In this document: positions 30,083 to 40,423 of the stretch, in pieces
Position numbering within the stretch: position 1 is the first letter of the stretch
How the letters are laid out: each line of letters starts with the position of its first letter
NCBI GenBank assembly: GCA_038245295.1
Contig: JBBRSP010000015.1
Span: 32,001 to 96,000, forward strand
From: Candidatus Binatia bacterium
GTDB taxonomy: Bacteria > Desulfobacterota > Binatia > HRBIN30
Direction: 5' to 3'
Length of the DNA: 64,000 nt
The notes under the pieces: model-generated
What the model saw: only the letters and a program-made list of their open reading frames with translations
The model's database searches: none
Told to the model about the DNA's origin: nothing
Translations under genes and position numbers: made by a program

Positions 30083-31321
30083 CTACTTGACGAGGTCATT
30101 CATGCTCATGATCGGCAACAGGATGGCCATGACGATGAACAACACAACACCACCGCCGAACAGGATCATCACCGGCTCGAGGATGCTCGTCAGGCCGGTA
30201 ACCGACGACTCGACCTCGTTGTCATAGGCATCGGCAGCCTTGCTGAGCATCTGCTCGAGCTCGCCGCTGCGTTCGCCGACGGCAATCATATGAATGATCA
30301 TAGACGGGAACAGGCCGCTCTTCTTCAATGGCGGAGCAATACTCTGCCCCTCCCGAATGGAGGCGCGGGCATCTTCGATGGCGTTGCTGAGCACCATGTT
30401 GCCGACGACGTTCTTCACAATGTCGAGCGCCGTCAGCAGGTTGATGCCACTATTGAGCAAGGTCGACAACGTGCGCGCAAAGCGCGCCAGCGCCACCTTC
30501 TTGATCAACTTTCCAAAGTAGGGAATTCCCAAAACGTAGCGATCGAAGCGCAGACGGCCAGCATCGGTCCGCCGGCTCATCTGGATGCCGACCACGGTTC
30601 CGACGATGATCATGATGATGAGCCACCAATAATCCTGGGTAAAATCGCTGATGACCAGGAGAATACGCGTCATCATCGGCAGATTGGCCTGATTTTCGGC
30701 GAAGATCTTGGTGATCTTGGGCACGACGTAGGCCAACAACGACAACAGGATGCCGGTGCCGGCGATGGCCATCAGCGACGGATACGTCATCGCCGACCGC
30801 ACTTTGTTGCGCAGCGCCGCCGCCTTCTCGGTGTAGTCGGCAAGACGCATGAGCACTAGATCGAGCGCGCCGCTGGCTTCACCGGCACGCACCATGTTTA
30901 CGTAGAGATCGCTGAAAACGCGCGGGTGCTCTTTCAGAGCATCGGCAAAGGCGGCGCCTTCGCGCACTTGTTCGCGGATCTGCGACAGCACGCGTTTTGT
31001 GCGCGCCGATTCCACTTGATCGATCAGCGCCGAGACACATTCGACGAGCGGCAGGCCGGCTCCCACCAGGGTGGCGAGCTGGCGCGTGAGCAACGCCAAC
31101 TCGTTCGGCTGCATGGTGTCGAAGTAACCGCCGAAGCTGAAACTCGATTCGCCGGCCGCCTCCGCCTTGCTGACCGCGCGGCCCTCCTGCTCGACCACAT
31201 CGGTGGGAAAGACGTTGTCGCGACGCAGCTTTTGACGCGCCGCCTTGGGGTTCTCGGCATCGACGATGCCGCTCACCGCGCGGCCGGTCGTGCTCAATCC
31301 TCTATAGGCGTATACCGGCAT
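30083..31321 (-). CDS. gspF: Type II secretion inner membrane platform protein F
   Basis: TRQLATLVGAGLPL, AGEASGAL, AVGERSGELE, LEP. Confidence 0.95.
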   Translation of the reverse strand: MPVYAYRGLSTTGRAVSGIVDAENPKAARQKLRRDNVFPTDVVEQEGRAVSKAEAAGESSFSFGGYFDTMQPNELALLTRQLATLVGAGLPLVECVSALIDQVESARTKRVLSQIREQVREGAAFADALKEHPRVFSDLYVNMVRAGEASGALDLVLMRLADYTEKAAALRNKVRSAMTYPSLMAIAGTGILLSLLAYVVPKITKIFAENQANLPMMTRILLVISDFTQDYWWLIIMIIVGTVVGIQMSRRTDAGRLRFDRYVLGIPYFGKLIKKVALARFARTLSTLLNSGINLLTALDIVKNVVGNMVLSNAIEDARASIREGQSIAPPLKKSGLFPSMIIHMIAVGERSGELEQMLSKAADAYDNEVESSVTGLTSILEPVMILFGGGVVLFIVMAILLPIMSMNDLVK

Positions 31322-31405
31322 GAAACCGTCTCACTGACGCGGTCGAACCGCCTCTATTCAGCCCAGCCGCAAATGGCGCCGATGTCGGTGCGCGGGCGCA
31401 TGGCG

Positions 31406-33118
31406 TTAGAAGATCACGTCCTGCGTGACACGCAGGATCTCTTCGACGCTGGTCTGTCCATCGAGGACCTTATCGGCGCCGTCTTCGCGCAGCGTCATCA
31501 TGCCTTGAGCCGTGGCTGCCTTGCGAATCGCCGAGGAGTCTGAGTTCTTCATGACCAACTGGCGCACTTCGTCGTCCACGACGAGTAATTCGTGAATACC
31601 GGAACGACCGCGGTAGCCCTTGCTCTTGCACTGGATGCAACCGCCACCCGGCTTGTAGAGTGGACGTCCGGCGAGGCGTTGTGGCGTGATACCGATCTCT
31701 TCGATTTCTTCCCGGGTCGGATCGTAGGGCTCGCGACAATTGGGACACAAGCGACGCACCAGGCGCTGCGCCATGATGGCAATCACCGACGACGAAACGA
31801 GGAATGGCTCGATTCCCATGTCGAGAAGACGCGTCATGGCGCCGAACGAATCATTCGTATGCAGCGTCGAGAAGACCAGGTGACCCGTCAGCGCCGCTTG
31901 AATGGCGATTTCAGCGGTCTCACCGTCGCGGATTTCGCCGACCATGATGACATCGGGATCCTGGCGAAGAATCGAGCGCAGGCCGCTGGCAAACGTCAGC
32001 TCGATCTTCGGATTCACCTGGATCTGGCCAATGCCGTGCAGCTGATACTCGATCGGATCTTCGATGGTGATGATGTTCTTGTCGACGGTGTTGATCTTCG
32101 ACAGGGCGGCGTAGAGCGTGGTCGTCTTACCACTGCCGGTGGGGCCGGTCACAAGCACGATGCCGTGGCTCTGCTTGATCAGCTTGTGCATGCTGTCGAG
32201 CTTACTGCCGCGCAGCCCGAGCTCTTCGAGTTGCAACACGGTGGTCGCTTTGTCGAGCAGACGCATGACGACGCGCTCGCCGTACGCCGTCGGCACGATC
32301 GACACGCGGATGTCGATGTCTTTGCCGGCGAGACGTACGCGAATGCGGCCGTCTTGCGGCAGCCGTTTCTCGGCGATGTTCAACCCGGCCATGATCTTGA
32401 CGCGCGAGATGATGATCGGTTGGAAACGCTTCGGCGGCGACAAGATATCGTAGAGGATGCCGTCGATGCGGAACCGCACCAGCAGGTCGCGCTCGAAGGG
32501 CTCGATGTGAATGTCGCTGGCGCGATCCTTCGCTGCTTGGAACAGTAGCTGGTTTACCAGGCGGATGATCGGCGCTTCGTCGTCGGCGTCGAGCAGGTCG
32601 CGTGGCTCGTCGAGGACGTTGATCTCGAGATCGAGCCGTTCGGTATCCAGATCATCCATCAATTCGGATGCCGAACCGGCCGAAGCCAGGTCGTAGATCC
32701 GATTGATCGCATCGACGACGATCGGAGCGGGCGCGACGAAGATGCGCAACGCTTTGCCGAGCAACAGCCGGACGTCGTCGAGAGCTCCGATGTTGGCCGG
32801 ATCGGCCGTCGCGACAACGACCGTATCGCCATCCAACCCCACCGGGAGGAGCAGACACTTCTTGGCGAAGTTGATCGGCAACTTGCTGATCAGGTCGATG
32901 TTCGTCATTTCGTCCGGCAGACGATCGCGAAATGGCAACCCGTAATGATCGGCAAGCGCGTGCGCCCATGTCGTGCTGTCGATAGCGCCCATCTCCTGCA
33001 GCACATCGCCAAGGCCCTTGCCTTCGCGCTGCCGCTCACGCGCGCGCTCGAGGATTTCCTCGGAAATCTGCCCCTGTTGGAGCAGGAATCCTTCGAGAGT
33101 TTTTGCAGCGACCGCCAT
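31406..33118 (-). CDS. gspE: Type II secretion ATPase E
   Basis: ASDIHIEP, GPTGSGKT, LRQDPDVIMVGEIRD, CPNC...CIQC zinc site. Confidence 0.96.
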   Translation of the reverse strand: MAVAAKTLEGFLLQQGQISEEILERARERQREGKGLGDVLQEMGAIDSTTWAHALADHYGLPFRDRLPDEMTNIDLISKLPINFAKKCLLLPVGLDGDTVVVATADPANIGALDDVRLLLGKALRIFVAPAPIVVDAINRIYDLASAGSASELMDDLDTERLDLEINVLDEPRDLLDADDEAPIIRLVNQLLFQAAKDRASDIHIEPFERDLLVRFRIDGILYDILSPPKRFQPIIISRVKIMAGLNIAEKRLPQDGRIRVRLAGKDIDIRVSIVPTAYGERVVMRLLDKATTVLQLEELGLRGSKLDSMHKLIKQSHGIVLVTGPTGSGKTTTLYAALSKINTVDKNIITIEDPIEYQLHGIGQIQVNPKIELTFASGLRSILRQDPDVIMVGEIRDGETAEIAIQAALTGHLVFSTLHTNDSFGAMTRLLDMGIEPFLVSSSVIAIMAQRLVRRLCPNCREPYDPTREEIEEIGITPQRLAGRPLYKPGGGCIQCKSKGYRGRSGIHELLVVDDEVRQLVMKNSDSSAIRKAATAQGMMTLREDGADKVLDGQTSVEEILRVTQDVIF

Positions 33119-33120
33119 GG

Positions 33121-36075
33121 TTACCCGGCGCGCGTCCAGTTCTGGACATTAAGCGTACCCGGTTCGACGGGCTCACGCCAATGCAGGAATGTGGCCGGAT
33201 CGGAGCTCACCTTCATGCCCTCGGGATACGAAGCGAAGGCTTCCTGCGGCGACGCGAACACCTCGAGGCACACCAAGTCTGCCGAGTATTCGCCGGCGCT
33301 GAAGCGATACGTCTCGCCCTTGCGGAACAAGCTGGTTAGCGGCGAGTTCACCGGCACCGCCAGAGCAATCATGCCGTTGCTTCCGGCGAGGCTCTGCGGT
33401 GGCGTACCGGACTCGTGTACGCTGGCGAACAGGATGTAACGGTTGTTACCCTCGACCACCGACGTTGCCCCTTGCGGAATCGCCTCCGGCGCCGGTCGCG
33501 GCACCGGCGCCTGGATGGATGGAATCGGGCCAACCGCTCCCGACGGCGGCTCACCTTCCATCCGCGCTGTCTTGTCGGGCCCGGCGGACGGCAAGCGCTC
33601 TTCCTGGGGCGTGTCGCTGCGCGGTTTGTGGACCTCGATGTGCGAGCGCCGGCCCGACTTGTTGGCTTCCGGCTCGGCCGGCTGCTCGGTCGACGGGCGT
33701 ACTTCCCACGACGGGGCATAAAGCTGTTCCCACAGCGGCCCATGCTGTCCAACCTCTTCGTACGGCCGCTGCACAATACGCTCGCGTTCACCCACCGCCA
33801 CATTGCGCTGATCGCGCTCGTTGCGAATGATGTGCGGCGTCAAGAAGATCAGCAGATTGGTTTTACGATTGCGGACGGTCTCGTAACGGAAAAAATTGCC
33901 GATGAACGGAATCTCGCTGATGTACGGAACACCCGCGATGTTCTTCGCCGCCGCATCGAAGATGATGCCGCCGATGACGACCGTCTGCTCGTCACGTGTA
34001 ACCACCGATGTGCTGGCTGAGCGGATGGTTGTTGTCGGACCCAGTTGCGGGTCGTTCGAAATCACGTCCGACACTTCCTGGAAGATATCCAGCCGGACCT
34101 GTCCACCCTCGGAAATCTGCGGGGTGATACGCAGCGTGATGCCGACGTCGCGCCGTTCGATCGTCGCGAAGGTGTTCGACAGGTTTACTTCGGTCGTCGA
34201 CCGGCTGGCGATGAACGGAACGTTCTGGCCGGAGACAATCTCGGCCTGCTGATTGTCCATCGTCAGGACGGTCGGCGCCGACAGAATGTTTGCATCGGCG
34301 CGACTCTGCAGGGCACGCAAGATGACTTGTTGAGCCGGCACGGCGACGCCGCCGACGGTAACCGTTTGTGAGCTCGCCGCCGCCAGCACCAGACCGGACA
34401 GGTTGGTGGGGTTGAGCAGCTGATTGATCGCACCGTTCAGGTTGGTGCGACCGACACCCACACCGTTCGGCAAACCCGTGGCGCCCTGCAACTCGATACC
34501 GAGCTCGCGTGTCGCGTCAACCGCCACTTCGGCGATGATCGCTTCGACGTATACCTGGCGGCGACGCACATCGAGTTTGTCGATGACTTCGCGGAGCGTC
34601 TCGAAATCCTGAGGCGACGCGTTGATGATCAGAGCGTTTGTCGAGGGATCGGCACTGAGACGCACCTGCCCTTCGAATTCGCTGTTCTGCTGTCCGGGCA
34701 GCCCGCCTTGACCACCTTGCCCGCCACCGGTGCGGCGGCCGCTGATCGAACCTGGCTGACCGAAGCCGCCGATTTGGTTGCCAAAGCCGCCACCGACGCC
34801 GCCGCCAAAGCCGCCGACGCCACCGCCGAAACCCCCGACCTGGCCGAAGCCGCCGCCGACGCCGCCGAAACCGCCGCCGCCAAATCCGCCGATTCCGCCG
34901 ATTCCGCCGCCGCCGCCGCCGAGACCACCCCGGCTGGAGCCGCCGAGACCGCCAGACGAACGAGCGCTGCCGTTACGAATTCCGCCCAGGCCGCCGAAGC
35001 CCCCCGCGCCGAGTCCGACGCCGCCGACACCACCACCAACGGTCGAACCTAAGACGGGAAGCAACTCGAAGGCGTTGGCGTACTTGAGGTAGTAAACATG
35101 GATTCGGCCGGTACCCAACGGCAACGGCACATCGAGGCGCGAGATGAGGTCTTTGATCTTCTTCGCTTCGGTCTTGCCCGCAACGATGATCAACGAATTG
35201 GTACGCTCGTCGGGGATGATCTTAAACGCGTGCTCCGGCGTCGCGCCCCCAGAAATCGCACCCGAGGTGCCCGAGGCTCCGGTGCGTGGGGCGGTTCCGC
35301 GTCGAAGGCGTGCGTCCGGCGCGGCGCCCGGTTGTGTAGCGGGTGCCCCCGCACCTCCACCACCCGAGCTCGAACCAGGATCCTCTAAAAGCTGTTGCAG
35401 CAACGAGGCGATGTCACCGGCAAAGGCGTAGTTGAGGCGCACCAACTCGATGTCTTGTTCCTGACCTTCGATATCGAGTTGATTGAGAATCTTCGAGACG
35501 CGGTCGGTCTGCGCCGCGGTATCGATCATGATGAGCGTGTTGGTCGGTGGGTAGGCCGCCAGGAGTCCATCAGGGGAGATGAACTGTTGCAGCACGCTGA
35601 CCATGTTGTTTGAGTCGACATGCTTCAGGTGCACCAAACGGGTGATGTACTCGTCGCGCGGCGTAACAATCGTACCGGGCAGAACGGTATCGATGGTGTT
35701 TGTCTTGGCGTCTTTCGTCGCGACGATCTTGATGATCGTACCCGATTGAACGGTGGTGAAGCCCTTTACCTGCAGGACCGATTGAAAGACGAGGTAGGCC
35801 TCGTCCTTGCTGATCTTCCCGGGAGAGATGATGGTGATCTTGCCGCGGACCTTCTCGTCGACGATGAAATTGCGTTTCGTAATGTCACTGATGAGTTTTA
35901 CGAGGACGGCGATATCGACGTCCTGGAAATTCATCGAGATGCCTTCTTCCTCCAGTGCCAGCGGGGCCGGAGGCGGCGCATCTTGCGCCAAAACAATCGC
36001 CGCAGCGGACCACAGGAGTCCGCCGGAGAGAACTGCGGCGACCAGGCATCGTTGAGCTGCTTTCCGCATTACCAC
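33121..36075 (-). CDS. gspD: Type II secretion secretin D, with Gly-rich insertions and long C-terminal extension
   Basis: MNFQDVDI N0 domain; LDVRRRQVYVEAII; RRDVGITLRITPQI; LLIFLTPHII; 984 aa. Start at 36075 or 36069. Confidence 0.93.
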   Translation of the reverse strand: MVMRKAAQRCLVAAVLSGGLLWSAAAIVLAQDAPPPAPLALEEEGISMNFQDVDIAVLVKLISDITKRNFIVDEKVRGKITIISPGKISKDEAYLVFQSVLQVKGFTTVQSGTIIKIVATKDAKTNTIDTVLPGTIVTPRDEYITRLVHLKHVDSNNMVSVLQQFISPDGLLAAYPPTNTLIMIDTAAQTDRVSKILNQLDIEGQEQDIELVRLNYAFAGDIASLLQQLLEDPGSSSGGGGAGAPATQPGAAPDARLRRGTAPRTGASGTSGAISGGATPEHAFKIIPDERTNSLIIVAGKTEAKKIKDLISRLDVPLPLGTGRIHVYYLKYANAFELLPVLGSTVGGGVGGVGLGAGGFGGLGGIRNGSARSSGGLGGSSRGGLGGGGGGIGGIGGFGGGGFGGVGGGFGQVGGFGGGVGGFGGGVGGGFGNQIGGFGQPGSISGRRTGGGQGGQGGLPGQQNSEFEGQVRLSADPSTNALIINASPQDFETLREVIDKLDVRRRQVYVEAIIAEVAVDATRELGIELQGATGLPNGVGVGRTNLNGAINQLLNPTNLSGLVLAAASSQTVTVGGVAVPAQQVILRALQSRADANILSAPTVLTMDNQQAEIVSGQNVPFIASRSTTEVNLSNTFATIERRDVGITLRITPQISEGGQVRLDIFQEVSDVISNDPQLGPTTTIRSASTSVVTRDEQTVVIGGIIFDAAAKNIAGVPYISEIPFIGNFFRYETVRNRKTNLLIFLTPHIIRNERDQRNVAVGERERIVQRPYEEVGQHGPLWEQLYAPSWEVRPSTEQPAEPEANKSGRRSHIEVHKPRSDTPQEERLPSAGPDKTARMEGEPPSGAVGPIPSIQAPVPRPAPEAIPQGATSVVEGNNRYILFASVHESGTPPQSLAGSNGMIALAVPVNSPLTSLFRKGETYRFSAGEYSADLVCLEVFASPQEAFASYPEGMKVSSDPATFLHWREPVEPGTLNVQNWTRAG

Positions 36076-36098
36076 CCCTCGCTTCCAACCTTCATCCG

Positions 36099-37049
36099 TT
36101 AACGAACCTGGTACGACAGATCCAAGGGCGTCTTGTTGCGCGTGCCCTTGACTGTGAGAGTGTCGACATTGCGCAATTCCTGCAACAACGCCAATGCCTT
36201 GCTGGGATCGCTAATCTTGTTGCCGTTGATTTCTTCAATAATGTCGCCGTTGCGCAGACCGATCTGGTCGAAGATGCTGTTCTGGCGAATCGCGAACAAA
36301 CGGAACCCCGTCGACTCGCCGCCGTCGAAGTGCGGCACGGCGCGGATCTGGGTGAACAGCTGTGCCATGTTGTCGAGCTGCGAATCCACTTCCGAGCGAT
36401 CAATCTTGTATTGGTTCTCGCTCAACTGCTGAACGTGTGGATTCGGCGAAGCACCGCCGGCCGTCTGGTTCTGATCGCCTGGCACAGTCGCCCCCGGAGG
36501 CGGCGGAGGTGCTCCGGGCGGTAAGGCGGCAACGGCGGTCGACGGCCGCGCCCCACCGGCGCCGCCTGGGCCACCGGGGCCACCCGCTTGCTGCAACTCG
36601 ATATACTTCTCACGACCGGCCTGATCGAGGATAACCTTCTCCCACTCGATAGCCTTGACCACCGCGACGGCCGAAACGGTATCACCGATCCGGTAGACTT
36701 CTGATTTATGAGTCGCCAGATCCTCGATGATGCAGCGCGAATCGGCGCGATCGAGGGTCACACCCCAAAGTTTTAGATTGAGCTCTTTCTCCGGCGGTGG
36801 CGGAGGCGCCACCGGGGCTTGCTCTTTGTCGGGATTCAGAATGTCCCGGGTGACGATTTTGTCGACGTAAAAGGGCTCGGGATGCTTCTCGGCTGCCGCC
36901 ATGGGCGGTGGCGGTGGCTTGATGCGCACATCCGGGGGCGGAATGAGTCTGGAGGCAACAGCCGTACTGACCGTGGAGGCGCCCCAGTACGCCACCAACG
37001 CCAGCAGCACTAGGTTGACCCAGACGAGGTGACGCAAGGAGAACTTCAT
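36099..37049 (-). CDS. gspC: Type II secretion system protein C with PDZ domain
   Basis: N-terminal TM; HR domain LKLWGV...YRIGD; PDZ GFRLFAIR...GLRNGDII. Confidence 0.9.
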   Translation of the reverse strand: MKFSLRHLVWVNLVLLALVAYWGASTVSTAVASRLIPPPDVRIKPPPPPMAAAEKHPEPFYVDKIVTRDILNPDKEQAPVAPPPPPEKELNLKLWGVTLDRADSRCIIEDLATHKSEVYRIGDTVSAVAVVKAIEWEKVILDQAGREKYIELQQAGGPGGPGGAGGARPSTAVAALPPGAPPPPPGATVPGDQNQTAGGASPNPHVQQLSENQYKIDRSEVDSQLDNMAQLFTQIRAVPHFDGGESTGFRLFAIRQNSIFDQIGLRNGDIIEEINGNKISDPSKALALLQELRNVDTLTVKGTRNKTPLDLSYQVR

Positions 37050-37122
37050 TTGAATTCCTGCTTCTATAGACGAAACGCCGGCGCTGATTCAAGCAAACTT
37101 CCGGCCGCGCCGGCTATCCTCG

Positions 37123-37151
37123 TTGACTCTATGGTACCGCAAAAGTAGGTT
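37123..37151 (+). promoter_or_regulatory. Candidate sigma70 promoter for the iscA-heme operon
   Basis: TTGACT-17 bp-TAGGTT, 70 bp before the ATG at 37222. Confidence 0.45.
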
Positions 37152-37221
37152 AGCGACGCAAAGGTACGGCGAATCTTCAAACTGCGTTGCACTGACGCGA
37201 AAGAATATGAGGTTCCAACCC

Positions 37222-37599
37222 ATGGACGTACACGCCCACGAAGCACTCGAGCCAGTCGCCAACAGCGACGAACCGGCAGTCTTGCTCACCGAGATCGCCG
37301 CGGAAAAGGCCAAGGCGGCGATGGCCAAGGAAGGTCTGGCCGAAGCGGCCCTGCGTATTTCGGTTGTCGGCGGCGGCTGCTCGGGGTTTTCTTATAGCCT
37401 CGGCTTTGATGCACACTCGCGCGAAGATGATCAGGCGTGGGAGCAGCATGGTGTCCGCGTTGTCGTCGACGCCACGAGTCTGCAGTACCTCAAGGGCATG
37501 ACGGTCGACTACGTCAGCGGTCTACACGGAGCCGGGTTTAAGTTCCTCAATCCGAACGCCACCCGGACATGTGGGTGTGGTTCGTCGTTTTCCGCCTAA
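37222..37599 (+). CDS. A-type Fe-S carrier (HesB/IscA/ErpA family)
   Basis: GGGCSGFSY; NPNATRTCGCGSSF; GAGGT RBS. Confidence 0.93.
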   Translation: MDVHAHEALEPVANSDEPAVLLTEIAAEKAKAAMAKEGLAEAALRISVVGGGCSGFSYSLGFDAHSREDDQAWEQHGVRVVVDATSLQYLKGMTVDYVSGLHGAGFKFLNPNATRTCGCGSSFSA

Positions 37600-37647
37600 C
37601 TTCCTGACGGCGCCGCTCGCCACGGGCGGCGCCAGACAGCACACCGA

Positions 37648-38313
37648 GTGAAGCATCTGCCCATTTTTCTCTCCCTCGAGGGTCAATTATGTGTCGTCGT
37701 TGGCGGCGGCAACATCGCGCATCAGAAGGTCTCCGTCCTCTTGCGCGCCAACGCGCAGGTGAAAGTAATCAGCCCGGAGTTCGCACCAGAGTTTGATGCA
37801 TGGATCGAAAGACAAAGTATCCGCTGTGTTCGGCGCGCCTACGAGCCCGGCGATCTGCGCGGCGCCCGCCTGGCGTTCGCCGCGACCGACGATGCCTCCA
37901 CTCAGGCGGCGGTCGTCGCCGAGGCGGCTGCATCGGGGGTACTGGTGAATGTGGTAGACGTACCGGAGCTTTGTGGATTTGTGATGCCTGCCATTCTAGA
38001 ACAACAGGATCTCGTCATCGCCGTATCCACGGGTGGTGCCAGCCCGGCGCTCGCCCGACAGATTCGCGATCAACTCGTCGAGCAGTATGATGCCGCCTAC
38101 GGCAGCGCCCTGCGGGTTCTGGCGGCGGTGCGTCGGCACGCCACGGTGATTGCGGCCGGTGCCGAACGGCGCAAGGAAATCTTCACCAACCTGGCAACCT
38201 CCGCACTCGTGGCGCACATCCGCCGTGGCGACGGGCGCGCGGTCGATCAACTGCTCGCGGACATCGCCGGCGACGACGTCTGCCTGGCCAGCATAGGAGT
38301 GGACCTGCCATGA
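37648..38313 (+). CDS. Precorrin-2 dehydrogenase / sirohydrochlorin ferrochelatase (SirC/Met8/CysG N-terminal type)
   Basis: VVGGGNIA, VNVVDVPELC, IAVSTGGASPALA. Confidence 0.88.
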   Translation: MKHLPIFLSLEGQLCVVVGGGNIAHQKVSVLLRANAQVKVISPEFAPEFDAWIERQSIRCVRRAYEPGDLRGARLAFAATDDASTQAAVVAEAAASGVLVNVVDVPELCGFVMPAILEQQDLVIAVSTGGASPALARQIRDQLVEQYDAAYGSALRVLAAVRRHATVIAAGAERRKEIFTNLATSALVAHIRRGDGRAVDQLLADIAGDDVCLASIGVDLP

Positions 38314-39134
38314 GCTTCCCGGGCGTCCTGTTGCCGCTGGCGTTGCTGCTCTACCTAGCCTCCACGCTGGCGTTCATCGGACATTTGATCACCATCGACC
38401 GCGGACCGCTGCGCTGGGCCTACGGCGCGCTGGCCGGGGCGTGCGGTTTGCACGCGGCGGCACTGGGAGGGCGTGCGGCGATGTTCGGGTACGGGGCCTT
38501 CGCACCGGTGCAGGAAGAACTGTCGATCATCGGTTGTATCAGCGTCCTGCTCTACCTGATCCTCGCCGTGCGGGTGCAGCTCACTGTGGTCGGAGCGCTC
38601 GTGGCACCGATGGGATTCGTCTTCACGCTGTCGGCGTACTTGTTCGAGTCGGGACACACTGCCGTCCCGAACGAACTGGCGAGTCTCTGGTTGCCGGCAC
38701 ACGTCGTCCCGGCGTTCCTTGGTTACGCCATCTTCGCCGTCTCGTCCTGCTTGAGCATCGTCTACCTAGCGCAAGAGAGCCAGCTGAAGGGGAAGCGGAA
38801 AGGCGGTTGGTTTCGCAAGCTGCCGTCGCTCGAGATCTTAGACAATCTCAGCTTCCGCTTCGTCACGTGGGGATTTGCCGCGTTGACCATCGCCCTCATC
38901 ACCGGCTCGTTCCTGGCGCGCGAGTTGTGGGGCGCCCTGTGGTCCTGGGAACCCGTACAGATCTACTCGGTTCTCACCTGGCTGCTGTACGCGATCTTGT
39001 TGCATGCGCGCACGGTGGGCTGGCGCGGCCGACGCGCCGCTCAGCTAACCATCGCCTGCTTCGTTGTGTTGGCGCTATCGTTCATCGGCGTGAATCTGTT
39101 CTTTCCGGGCAAACATGGCGGGAGTCTCGGTTAA
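38310..39134 (+). CDS. ccsA: Cytochrome c assembly family membrane protein (CcsA/HemX-like)
   Basis: About 8 TM segments; LPSLEILD; WGALWSWEP (WWD-like); GWRGRRAA; precedes hemA. Confidence 0.8.
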   Translation: MSFPGVLLPLALLLYLASTLAFIGHLITIDRGPLRWAYGALAGACGLHAAALGGRAAMFGYGAFAPVQEELSIIGCISVLLYLILAVRVQLTVVGALVAPMGFVFTLSAYLFESGHTAVPNELASLWLPAHVVPAFLGYAIFAVSSCLSIVYLAQESQLKGKRKGGWFRKLPSLEILDNLSFRFVTWGFAALTIALITGSFLARELWGALWSWEPVQIYSVLTWLLYAILLHARTVGWRGRRAAQLTIACFVVLALSFIGVNLFFPGKHGGSLG

Positions 39135-40423
39135 TGGATCGCGAGATCGTCGTCGTTGGCGTGACACATCGCAGTGCCCCGGTTGAAGTGCGCGAAAGCT
39201 TGGCATTTAAGGGCGAGACTCTGGAACAGGCACTGCACACCCTGACCGCCATGGAATCCATCGACGAGGCGGCCATCATTTCCACGTGCAACCGTGTGGA
39301 AGTCATTACGACGGCCAAACAGGGAGATTCGGCGATCGACTGCGTCACGAATTTCCTCGCCGAGCGAGAGGGTAGCGGCGACACCCACCTGCTCGATCAC
39401 CTGGCGGTCTACCGCGGCCGCGAAGCAGTACGGCATTTGTTTCGAGTTGCGTCCAGTCTGGACTCCATGGTGGTCGGCGAACCGCAGATCCTCGGGCAGC
39501 TCAAGGACTTTTACGGGCAAGCCGCAACCGCCGGTAGCGCCGGAATTGTCTTGCATCGATTCTTCCACAAGGCATTTGCCGTCGCCAAACGCGTGCGCAC
39601 CGAAACCGGCATCGCAACCCGCGCCGTATCGGTTAGTTCGGCGGCCGTCGAGCTGGCATCCAAGATCTTCGACCGCTTCGACGATAAGACGGCCATGTTG
39701 ATCGGCGCCGGCACGATGGCCGAGCTCGCCGCGCGTCACCTCCTGGGGCGCGGTGTGCGAGGACTGCTGGTTACCAACCGCACCTTCGATCATGCGGTCG
39801 AGTTGGCGCGCGAGTTCCACGGCACGCCGGTCCCCATGGAGGACCTGCCGCGCTATCTGGAGCTCGCCGATGTCGTCATCGGCTCCACGGCAGCCGACTC
39901 GTATATCTTGACAGTGCCGCTGGTGCGGCAGGTCCTGCGCCAACGCAAATATCGCCCCATCTTCCTTATCGACATGAGCGTGCCGCGCAACTTCGACCCG
40001 GCGCTCAACCAACTCGACAACGTCTATCTCTACGACATCGACGACCTGAGTGTTGTCGCCACGGAGAATCGCCAGGAGCGCGGTCGCGAGGCAGATCGCG
40101 CCGAAGAAATCATCGATGCGGAAGTCGATGCCTACCTGCGCTGGCTCGCCGAACTCGATGCCGTACCAACGATCGTCGCGATTCGCGACAAGTTCGATGC
40201 CATTCGGCGCGCCGAGCTCGAACGCACGCTGGCAACCCTACCCGGCTTGAACGACGAAAGCCGGGCGGCGCTTGACTCCATGACCAGCGCCATCATCAAC
40301 AAAATCCTACACGCCCCGATTACTCACCTCAAAGAACAGGGCCGCGAGCGCGAGTCGATCTACCTCGTCGCGGCACGTCACCTGTTTGACCTCGATGACA
40401 GCGAAGGATCTGGAACACCATGA
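39134..40423 (+). CDS. hemA: Glutamyl-tRNA reductase
   Basis: HRSAPVEVRE, STCNRVE, SLDSMVVGEPQILGQ, IGAGTMA; ATG overlaps the ccsA stop. Confidence 0.96.
   Translation: MDREIVVVGVTHRSAPVEVRESLAFKGETLEQALHTLTAMESIDEAAIISTCNRVEVITTAKQGDSAIDCVTNFLAEREGSGDTHLLDHLAVYRGREAVRHLFRVASSLDSMVVGEPQILGQLKDFYGQAATAGSAGIVLHRFFHKAFAVAKRVRTETGIATRAVSVSSAAVELASKIFDRFDDKTAMLIGAGTMAELAARHLLGRGVRGLLVTNRTFDHAVELAREFHGTPVPMEDLPRYLELADVVIGSTAADSYILTVPLVRQVLRQRKYRPIFLIDMSVPRNFDPALNQLDNVYLYDIDDLSVVATENRQERGREADRAEEIIDAEVDAYLRWLAELDAVPTIVAIRDKFDAIRRAELERTLATLPGLNDESRAALDSMTSAIINKILHAPITHLKEQGRERESIYLVAARHLFDLDDSEGSGTP

Noticed and set aside
34778..35092. Pro/Lys-rich repeat ORF (PPKPPTPP) and Ala-rich ORF on the plus strand
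   Set aside because: Antisense readings of the Gly-rich segment of gspD.
37609..37633. GC-rich hairpin after the iscA-like gene
   Set aside because: No U-tract and the next gene starts 14 bp later, so not called as a terminator.
38441..39133. Apparent N-terminal extensions of hemA, hemB (from 42331), dxr (to 49216) and glnS (to 22695) in the ORF track
   Set aside because: Open-frame artefacts that overlap real upstream genes or lack homology; downstream starts have an RBS or stop/start coupling.
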